A program made the position numbers and the translations under genes. This document shows, one piece after another, positions 55,302-62,539 of a stretch of DNA of 62,539 nucleotides. The DNA lies in the NCBI GenBank assembly GCA_002477545.1, contig DLQJ01000005.1, forward strand, positions 1-62,539, written 5' to 3'. Every line of letters begins with the position of its first letter. Position 1 is the first letter of the stretch. The stretch is from Patescibacteria group bacterium UBA7435. GTDB taxonomy: Bacteria; Patescibacteriota; Minisyncoccia; Phycocordibacterales; UBA918. The notes under the pieces were generated by a model. It was not told the origin of the DNA and searched no databases. It saw only the letters and a list, made by a program, of their open reading frames with translations.

Positions 55302-56294
55302 TTAAAAAGATATAGTTACTGACTTCTTAACACCTTGTAATAATTGCTTAAGGTTGCGAATATGGAACTCAAGTTGAAATGATCCAGAATCACCCTGTTT
55401 ACGAAGTGTGATTTCCTGCAGGTCACCACTTGGATTTTTTATAGTGCTTCCATTGAGTTTCCATTCACGATGCGGATTTTCGTTCAATAGTGAGGAACTG
55501 ATGAAATAAGGTTCAGCACGCACACGTATTTCATCCCCAACAAAAGTAAACCCTCCCCCGATGGCAAACTCACTCATTCCGCGTAAAGGATTTATTTCAT
55601 AGTAGTGAAGCTCTGGGTCGCTCAACGGGACATAAATAGTTTCACTGGTTATGATCGTTCCATCAGTATCTATAATGTCCACAGAAACTTCCATATTTCT
55701 TTCAAACCCAGAGGTAAACGTGACACTATTTCCCCCGTATTGGGATCCTCCTGTTTGAACCTTATCTTTTACCTTCCATGTATATGAATACGTTTCAGGA
55801 TCTCGGTCAACTCCTGTGAATGGTATTGCGGTGACACGTACTAAACTCCCGCTTGAAGGGATGGAGCGCCCTTTGTAGAACGCAGGAGTGAGTGTGTCTG
55901 CTTCAATAAGCATATCTACCCGAATAGGAGTGACGGTGTGTGCTGCTTCAAGTGTGGTTCCGTTTGGTAAGGAGGTGCGTACAATAACTGCAGTACTGTT
56001 ACCAAGTGCCCCTGCATTTAATTGTAACGAGCGTTCATTTTCTGAGACCATTACACCATTTACAAACCATCGAGTGGTTGCACCGTTTGTGTTAATACTA
56101 TAGTCGTTAAGCGTTAGGGTTACAGTTTCCCCTGGTTCAGGATGTCGAGGTAAGGAGGTTATTGTTGAAGTATTTTCTTGCGTAAGTGTGCTGGGGAATT
56201 GGGCATGCGTCATAAAGGGAGCACTTAGAAAAGTGACTACACAAAGAAAAAAGAATGCTTGTGGTGCAAACCGCATATACCATAAGAATAGCAT
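55302..56294 (-). CDS. secreted hypothetical protein (beta-rich)
   Basis: Signal-like N-terminus ...FLSAPFMTHA. 330 aa. Tightly packed within the operon. Confidence 0.6.
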   Translation of the reverse strand: MLFLWYMRFAPQAFFFLCVVTFLSAPFMTHAQFPSTLTQENTSTITSLPRHPEPGETVTLTLNDYSINTNGATTRWFVNGVMVSENERSLQLNAGALGNSTAVIVRTSLPNGTTLEAAHTVTPIRVDMLIEADTLTPAFYKGRSIPSSGSLVRVTAIPFTGVDRDPETYSYTWKVKDKVQTGGSQYGGNSVTFTSGFERNMEVSVDIIDTDGTIITSETIYVPLSDPELHYYEINPLRGMSEFAIGGGFTFVGDEIRVRAEPYFISSSLLNENPHREWKLNGSTIKNPSGDLQEITLRKQGDSGSFQLEFHIRNLKQLLQGVKKSVTISF

Positions 56295-56327
56295 GACCCC
56301 TGTGGTGACTATCTCCCTATAAACAGA

Positions 56328-56960
56328 CTATCGAGACTGATTTTTAATCACTACAAATACCCAGACTAACACCCAAGGGAACAAAAAGAGAAACGGTGTC
56401 ATGTATGCAGCTAGGCAGACAGTGAACATGGCAACGGTACTTGTGTGATGCAGTTTCACTCGAGCTGCTGCAAATGCTATAAGCGCAAGTGTGAGCATAA
56501 GTATCCCCGTTGCACTTGCGCCGAGCCATCCAAGGCTCATAACTTCCCGAGTCGGAAGAAAATATGAGAGCCATCCCCATTCTTCTTCAAGACCTATTGA
56601 GCCAACAAAAAGGAGCCCAAAAAATACTTGTGGAATGAAGAAAAAAGCAGCGCTCCACGCAATCATAATGCCGCGGATTTTTGCACGCAGTATTCGTTTG
56701 TGTGCCTTAAGTGTCCGAGCAACCCCCCGCTTCTTTTTTTGTGGAGGTGCGGGCCGGTAGTTTCTATTAGCCGGCTTTTGGTTAGTATGATTCTCATCGG
56801 TTTGCACTGACTGAAGTCTCCGGTCAGTTTTTCTGATGGCTCTATTTTTCGCAATGTTTGTCAGCTCTTTACCTTTGGACCCTGCGGAACGAGCACCAGC
56901 ACTTTTTACTGATTGCTTTGTTGCAATTCGAGCTGCACCGATAATTAATGGCGCAACCAT
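56328..56960 (-). CDS. membrane protein with basic N-terminal region
   Basis: About 95 aa of Lys/Arg-rich N-terminus followed by four hydrophobic helices. The start lies 4 nt after the virB4 stop. Confidence 0.6.
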   Translation of the reverse strand: MVAPLIIGAARIATKQSVKSAGARSAGSKGKELTNIAKNRAIRKTDRRLQSVQTDENHTNQKPANRNYRPAPPQKKKRGVARTLKAHKRILRAKIRGIMIAWSAAFFFIPQVFFGLLFVGSIGLEEEWGWLSYFLPTREVMSLGWLGASATGILMLTLALIAFAAARVKLHHTSTVAMFTVCLAAYMTPFLFLFPWVLVWVFVVIKNQSR

Positions 56961-56963
56961 ACC

Positions 56964-58775
56964 TTAGACTTGCGCATCGCGAAGTTCTTCGCGTGCTTTT
57001 TTAATTTGTAAAATTTGTGATGGATCGGAGGTAATAATTTGGTCTTCAGTGTATGACGCGATAACACGGATAGCCACGTGTTTTAACCCTGCAAAGAAAA
57101 TCCCCTCTCCGACGCTTGATTCCAACAGTAGAAATTTCTCTTCATCAGTTAGGTTGAAGGTATTTTGAATATTATCAATCGCTGTTGGTGATTGTTTCAT
57201 CAATAACTGCAGTGATGAGTTGGTAATCATCGGGACTCCGTATGGTGAACGCAAAAAGTCATCCACGTCTTGGGTAATGGTTGAAAGTCCAAGGTAGTAT
57301 TTACGTCCACGTTTTGCAAGCATAAACAAGAATGATGCGGTGTCTTCGGATTTCATCATCCACCACGCCTCATCAATTACCAATAATCGTTTTGCAAGAC
57401 GTCGTCGAATTGCTCCCCAGATGTGGTGGGTAATAATATACATCGCAACAGTCTTAAGCTCGTCCTCCATATCGCGTAGTGAGAACACTACAAACTTCTG
57501 ATTGATGTCGACATTGGTTGGCTTGTTCATAAACCCAGACCACGTACCAGAGGTATATTTTTGTAGTCGGGAAATAAGTGATGCACTTCCCTCCATTCCC
57601 GCAAGCACCATCTCAAAATCAGATAGCAACGGCGCTTCTTGATCACTAAAATCAGCATTATGCGTAATGTCTTTTAACGCGTAGGTTTCCACGATTGCCT
57701 GATCGACAATTGTTTCCTCTTCAGCAGAAAGACCACCAAGCATAAGACGGAATAATCCGATCAATTCAATGATGTGTGAACGCAATACATCTTCAGGATT
57801 TTCATCAGCCTGTGGGTTGGGAAGATCAAATGGATTAATGTGGTGCGTTGAAGAAAGTGAAATGTTGAAAAAACGCCCACCTGTAGCTTCAGCGAGATAT
57901 TCATATTCTCGCTCTGGGTCAATTACAATTACCTCGGTACCAAACATCAGTGAACGCAGAATCTCAAGCTTTGTTGTGTACGACTTCCCTGCTCCAGAGG
58001 TAGCGAAGGTCACTGAGTTGTAGTTGGTAAGAGCATACCGATCAAAAAGTACCAACGATGAATTGTGACGATTAATACCGTAGAGAATTCCTGAGTCTGA
58101 AGTAAGATCAAACGAGGTAAAAGGAAAGAAACTTGAAAGAGGTGAAGAATTAAATTTACTATGCACCAAAAGTTGGTCGTCCATAAATGGCAAGACACTC
58201 TTGATTCCCTGTTCTTGTTGAAAGAGTGCAGGCTTGGTGTAGATCAGGCGCGAGTCAAGAAGGTTTTTAATTTCATTTTCAGTCTTATTTAAAGTTGCTT
58301 CGTCCTCACTATATACCGTCATGTATAGTCCAACGTTGAAAAGCTTCTCTTCAGCTTGTTGTAGTTTGTCACGCAGGTCCTCAAGGTTTCGGTGTGCCGC
58401 CTCCAGTTGAGGATCACGCACCATCCCTCGTTCGGCTCGCGAGTTAATTTGACTTTGCACCTCGGCTACTTTTTTCTGGAATTTCTTAAGTGTGTCAGCG
58501 GTATTAATGGGATGAATAAAAATAGAAACGTCCATTTCCTTTTCCATATCCAAAATTGGTTCAAGCCAACCGTCATTTAGATATCGTGGATACGAAATAG
58601 TAAAAAAAGTTCGAGCGTACGTGCCACTTATATTTATATTTCGAGAGCCAACTTCAATACCAGAAGGTGCAATAACATCTTCCAGTGTCATCAATGCATC
58701 AGAAACAGCCTGTACCGACTCATCAGTGTCAGACTCCGTATTTGTTTTTGGTTTTAAAAAATCAGTTAAGCCCAT
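56964..58775 (-). CDS. virB4: VirB4/TrbE/PrgJ-family T4SS ATPase
   Basis: Walker A ATSGAGKSYTTK and Walker B LLVIDEAWWMM. N-domain pattern GIEVGSRNINISGTYARTFFTISYPRYLNDGWL is typical of Gram-positive VirB4. Confidence 0.85.
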   Translation of the reverse strand: MGLTDFLKPKTNTESDTDESVQAVSDALMTLEDVIAPSGIEVGSRNINISGTYARTFFTISYPRYLNDGWLEPILDMEKEMDVSIFIHPINTADTLKKFQKKVAEVQSQINSRAERGMVRDPQLEAAHRNLEDLRDKLQQAEEKLFNVGLYMTVYSEDEATLNKTENEIKNLLDSRLIYTKPALFQQEQGIKSVLPFMDDQLLVHSKFNSSPLSSFFPFTSFDLTSDSGILYGINRHNSSLVLFDRYALTNYNSVTFATSGAGKSYTTKLEILRSLMFGTEVIVIDPEREYEYLAEATGGRFFNISLSSTHHINPFDLPNPQADENPEDVLRSHIIELIGLFRLMLGGLSAEEETIVDQAIVETYALKDITHNADFSDQEAPLLSDFEMVLAGMEGSASLISRLQKYTSGTWSGFMNKPTNVDINQKFVVFSLRDMEDELKTVAMYIITHHIWGAIRRRLAKRLLVIDEAWWMMKSEDTASFLFMLAKRGRKYYLGLSTITQDVDDFLRSPYGVPMITNSSLQLLMKQSPTAIDNIQNTFNLTDEEKFLLLESSVGEGIFFAGLKHVAIRVIASYTEDQIITSDPSQILQIKKAREELRDAQV

Positions 58776-58818
58776 AGATATATGTATTCTCGCAAGTAAC
58801 CACTATGCACACAAGGTG

Positions 58819-59448
58819 TTACCCTGCTTGTGGCGCAGTACTACTTACATCTCCAGGATTAAAGATGTGATAATACAGCTCAACCAGAGCCTCATCTTCA
58901 AGTGCAATGGTCCGCACACCAATACGATTTAATCCTTGTTCAACCAGCGATGCCCGTTGCTCTAACTGTAGGCGGTGCTCTTCAAAATTTGTGTCATCAA
59001 CAGAAGTATTTTTCTTTTGACCAAATAAAGAGCCGATATTTGAACCAATATCCAGTGACTTAGGAGTGTATGGGATAACCACAAAGAAGTTTTTACTCAT
59101 CACATCCACCTCAGATACAAATGTTTTAATAAAACTCATGTATTCTCGTAATTGAATTTTCATCAGGTCGTTATCTTGTAGTGGCTCTCGTTCGCGAAGC
59201 TGTTCGAGATAGGGTTCAATATCAAGACGTCGTGATTGGATGTAAAACTGTATAGAAAAATCTAATGTATTTAAAAAAGATTGAAATTGACCCAATATTG
59301 CACGTTGTTCGTCTAATGATTTCAGTGCAAAGTTAATTGATGATGCAAGAAGAATGCTACACATACGTCCATCCTTAAGAATCACCACATTTTGTGTAAT
59401 GTTCTTAATGGGAACGAAATCTTGTGTTGTCTTTTTATTGTTTGCCAT
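58819..59448 (-). CDS. hypothetical protein resembling a VirB4 N-terminal domain without ATPase (tentative)
   Basis: DFVPIKNITQNVVILKDGRMCSILLASSINFALKSLDEQRAILGQFQSFLNTL follows the pattern seen at VirB4 N-termini. No P-loop. Confidence 0.4.
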   Translation of the reverse strand: MANNKKTTQDFVPIKNITQNVVILKDGRMCSILLASSINFALKSLDEQRAILGQFQSFLNTLDFSIQFYIQSRRLDIEPYLEQLREREPLQDNDLMKIQLREYMSFIKTFVSEVDVMSKNFFVVIPYTPKSLDIGSNIGSLFGQKKNTSVDDTNFEEHRLQLEQRASLVEQGLNRIGVRTIALEDEALVELYYHIFNPGDVSSTAPQAG

Positions 59449-59450
59449 GA

Positions 59451-59861
59451 CTATACTTCTTTTTGTAGTGCAGTAAGTTCTAGTTTACGAGAAAGTGAAT
59501 GAATACCACCCTTCCCTTTTTTTGGAATTGCCACCGAAGTTGGAATTGTAGAGGTATGACTTTCAGTTCCGTAGGTGGTGATATTCTTTTTCCTCCAGTG
59601 GTAGATCCTTGAGGAGTTATAGAAGCGAACAATAGACTCAAGAAACACCGAAAATGGACGGTTGTTTACAGGATAGAATGCAAGCAGTAGTGCCGCTCCT
59701 CCTGCAGGTAACCCGATAAGTATAAAAATAAATAACGGTGCAGCAATAAATGTTACTAACCCAACCCCAACCCCACCACAAAGATACACAAATTGTTTCC
59801 AAGTAAAAGGTCCAAAGATCTTATCTTCTATTTCAATAAATTGAGGAACTTCAAATCGCAT
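59451..59861 (-). CDS. PrgI-family (VirB3-like) membrane protein
   Basis: MRFEVPQFIEIEDKIFGPFTWKQFVYL followed by two TM helices, the hallmark of PrgI-type proteins (from memory). Confidence 0.65.
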   Translation of the reverse strand: MRFEVPQFIEIEDKIFGPFTWKQFVYLCGGVGVGLVTFIAAPLFIFILIGLPAGGAALLLAFYPVNNRPFSVFLESIVRFYNSSRIYHWRKKNITTYGTESHTSTIPTSVAIPKKGKGGIHSLSRKLELTALQKEV

Positions 59862-59925
59862 ACAGCTATTATAGCCCGCAAAGGTAGTGAGTGGTGTGTG
59901 GGTTATGTACAGAGTGTTTTAAGTA

Positions 59926-60576
59926 CTACGCTTCAGATCCGTAGCTCGGTTTTTCAGCTAGTTGCGGTTTCTCCTTCAAAATCTCTTCTTGTGAAGCTTT
60001 TCGGATTGTTTCTTCCGTGTGCTCCGAGGCATTAGCTTCATCTGGAAATTGATTTCGATATGCACCGTATCCATGAACGTGACCCATATCACCTTCCATA
60101 GTACGCATAGGTTGCACGTTGCTAAGCTCGGTCAATTTTTTTTCAGAAAGTTTAGATTCAGCTTCAGCAGGGGTTTTTTTAACCGTGAGATCTTTGTGGA
60201 GGTTTGATAAATCTTCTTTCTTGGTTATTGATTCAGTTTTTTCTTTTGAGCCATCAATTAGATCAAATAAATCTTGTACTTCTGAAAAAATATCAGCATG
60301 AACCACTGAGGTAATTTTTTCTGCAACTAAAATATCAATTTCCAAAGATTCTGATACTCTCTGTGTAAAATCTTTTACATCGAGGAAGAATAAAAGGACA
60401 AGAATAATTTCGTTTTCCAGAAGCTGTTCTTGTTTTACTGTTAATTCAAATTCGTCCTTAATTATGAACATGGTAATGTCCAATGCTCCCTGGGTAATAA
60501 GTGCAGTAATTTCTTCAGGCATAATATCAGCCCGTTCCCGCACCAGTGTTTTTGCTGTATAGAGTGAGTTATCCAT
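59926..60576 (-). CDS. acidic hypothetical protein
   Basis: 216-aa ORF in the operon. Glu/Asp/Lys-rich with no TM helix. Confidence 0.55.
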   Translation of the reverse strand: MDNSLYTAKTLVRERADIMPEEITALITQGALDITMFIIKDEFELTVKQEQLLENEIILVLLFFLDVKDFTQRVSESLEIDILVAEKITSVVHADIFSEVQDLFDLIDGSKEKTESITKKEDLSNLHKDLTVKKTPAEAESKLSEKKLTELSNVQPMRTMEGDMGHVHGYGAYRNQFPDEANASEHTEETIRKASQEEILKEKPQLAEKPSYGSEA

Positions 60577-60579
60577 ATA

Positions 60580-62539
60580 TTACGCCGCTTTTTTAGAAAG
60601 TTCGTCCTTTAATCCATCAATACGTTCGTCATCCTTAGATCTCTTTACCGCCTTTTCGTATTGCTTACGTATCTCTTTCCCTGCTTCTCTGTCTTGATTG
60701 GTAATTCGACCATACCACATGGTACTTGTTAAGAATCCTCTGTTTTCAAGAGCTCCTGCATAGCCAAGTGACCCTGTTTTGTTTTTTATTTCCTTTTCTA
60801 GAGCCTTTTGCTCTTTCTTCTTTGCCTTAATTTGAGTAACTAGAGCCTTCATTTCAGTTTTATCACGCGACTTCTGTGCTGTAGTAAATTGAGATCGTAA
60901 TTCTTTAAGCTCTGTCTGTGTCGCCTCTTTCTTTTCTGTGGCACCTGCCAATTCTGTAATATCTCCAGAAGAACCAATTTGACGCCTGTTCTTTTCGCGC
61001 TTAATTTCTTCATCCTTCTTCTTGATGTTTTTCTCACCCTGCGCGATTTCCTTCACAATTACAGCCTTCCGTGTTGAGCTGGCCGTTTCTTTCTCAATCT
61101 TTAGTTGAGCAACCTCAGTTTCAAAAGAAGTCTTCTGTTCGTTCATTTTTGTAACGGTGTTGTCATCATCACCAACAGCGCCAAGTGATTTTGCAAATGC
61201 TTGTTCTTTCTTAACAATTTCATCCCTTTGTGTTTTGTATCCCCCCTTCTTGCCCTCACCAAGACCAAGTGATTTACCTGCTCCAGCGATACGACGTGCA
61301 TCAAAGCTTGCAGCACCAACTACTCTACTTCCACGCAAAACACCTCTCCCGATAGTAGATTTTGAAGCATAGTCTTTAAGTTTTTCACTATCTGCAATTT
61401 TTTGGCCTGCATAACCGAATGTATTTCTCCCAGCTCTCGCTGCCATTCCTATGGAAACTCCACCCACTGCCTTCCCTACCATCTTGTTACTCCACTTCAT
61501 AGACGCGCCTGCCCCCGCGTCACTGGCAACTGATGCAACTTTTGTAGCAGCGTAGAGGAAAATTAATCCGATCATGAAGAATAAGAAAATTTCAAACGTC
61601 CCCGAACTTAATTGTGCATCATTCTTAAATGAGGCGCTAAATGCCTCCATATTTAAACCGCTTTTTACCTGGATTAACGTATAGAGTCCGACATACAGCA
61701 TGAAAATATAGGCCGGCGCAAAGAAACAGTATGCAACAAACATTTTTCGCCATTTCGTTGAGTGTTGACTCATGCTCGGGAAAATCCATCCTAGGAACAT
61801 GACGGGAGAAAATATGAGCAAGATAATAATTGCAACAAAACGAACAATAAGCATTAATCCACCATAGAGAAGGACGATGCCAAGAATTAGCAAGAAGAAC
61901 ATCGCGAGCAATGAGTAGACAATAATATTGTCTTCAACGAGGTTAGTAAACCAGGAACTAATATTAAGGACCTCCATGTATGCTCCAGCGATACTCCCCC
62001 TATCAGTTGAAAAACTAACAAGATCACTCAGTCCGTAGTTTCCGGCAATAGTTTTGGAGGTTTGATTGTATATTTCAACCGCCGTGAAGTTTGCAACATC
62101 AACCACCACCTTACTTATATAGAGACTGAAGTTTATTAATAGTGCTGCTGCAATTAAGAGTCCAAGCGCACGTTGTGTACCAGAATCTTCGGAATTAAGA
62201 ATGGTGCGCAAACCAATAAAAACTAACGCAAAGATAAATAAGATATTGAAAAGATCACGTATGAAACTCCATAATACATTGACCACCCCTCCTACAGCAC
62301 CATTTCCGTCACTTTGCTCACAACCTGCACCATTTACTACAAACCAACACCCCATTTTAAGCACTGTTTTATCTATAGCTAAATCAAAGACGGTACCACC
62401 CAGACCAGTAACCCAGCCACCAAATCCAACAGCGATATCGTAGATAAAGCTTTCAACCCCATCTCCATTTGCCCGAGTTGCAACATTTGAAGGTGACTGC
62501 GCTGTATTTTGGTTACCCCCAACAGATGTCCCTGTCCCT
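60580..62539 (-). CDS. VirB6/TrbL-like polytopic membrane protein with Lys/Glu-rich coiled-coil tail; 5' partial
   Basis: The frame stays open upstream of the ORF-track GTG (62364) to the window edge (...FIYDIAVGFGGWVTGLGGTVFDLAIDKTVLK-MGCWF). There are 6 or more TM helices and a ~230-aa charged C-terminus. Confidence 0.6.
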   Translation of the reverse strand, partial: GTGTSVGGNQNTAQSPSNVATRANGDGVESFIYDIAVGFGGWVTGLGGTVFDLAIDKTVLKMGCWFVVNGAGCEQSDGNGAVGGVVNVLWSFIRDLFNILFIFALVFIGLRTILNSEDSGTQRALGLLIAAALLINFSLYISKVVVDVANFTAVEIYNQTSKTIAGNYGLSDLVSFSTDRGSIAGAYMEVLNISSWFTNLVEDNIIVYSLLAMFFLLILGIVLLYGGLMLIVRFVAIIILLIFSPVMFLGWIFPSMSQHSTKWRKMFVAYCFFAPAYIFMLYVGLYTLIQVKSGLNMEAFSASFKNDAQLSSGTFEIFLFFMIGLIFLYAATKVASVASDAGAGASMKWSNKMVGKAVGGVSIGMAARAGRNTFGYAGQKIADSEKLKDYASKSTIGRGVLRGSRVVGAASFDARRIAGAGKSLGLGEGKKGGYKTQRDEIVKKEQAFAKSLGAVGDDDNTVTKMNEQKTSFETEVAQLKIEKETASSTRKAVIVKEIAQGEKNIKKKDEEIKREKNRRQIGSSGDITELAGATEKKEATQTELKELRSQFTTAQKSRDKTEMKALVTQIKAKKKEQKALEKEIKNKTGSLGYAGALENRGFLTSTMWYGRITNQDREAGKEIRKQYEKAVKRSKDDERIDGLKDELSKKAA

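Overview
Low-GC (about 40% by eye), gene-dense bacterial chromosome segment. The reduced-genome style suggests Patescibacteria/CPR; that assignment is inference only. The replication-origin neighbourhood is present: rpmH-rnpA-yidC diverge from dnaA-dnaN, and DnaA-box-like 9-mers fill the dnaA-dnaN spacer. Housekeeping genes include rplS, rpsT, ruvA, ruvB, ruvC, ruvX, a yebC-like gene, polA, tsaE, tyrS, a class A PBP, a Mur ligase, an RluA-type pseudouridine synthase and a SpoU methyltransferase. Type IV pilus genes are pilM, pilN, a pilO-like gene and pilB. There is a two-component system and five intact tRNAs (Leu-GAG, Val-TAC, Arg-TCT, Ser-TGA, Lys-CTT). Many small membrane or secreted proteins have no assignable function. 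A partial S8 subtilisin-like protease runs off the left edge. A VirB6/TrbL-like gene runs off the right edge as the first visible gene of a Gram-positive-style type IV secretion (T4SS-like) operon (about 53.2-62.5 kb, minus strand). Observations most worth follow-up: (1) an ORF-free, hairpin-rich region of about 0.9 kb (40.37-41.26 kb) built from two diverged tandem units, with a shorter copy of its core motif upstream of the ASCH gene; (2) three tRNA loci (Val, Ser, Lys) that each carry partial copies of the tRNA itself; (3) the T4SS-like operon beside the origin, with a Cys-rich extended pilin-like protein; (4) a pair of small Asp/Gly-rich, Cys-bracketed secreted peptides next to a perfect 17-bp inverted repeat and a PRTase-PQQ propeller fusion; (5) a two-component system split by a methyltransferase and an unknown gene. 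All functional calls come from motif recognition in the supplied translations. No database search was run.
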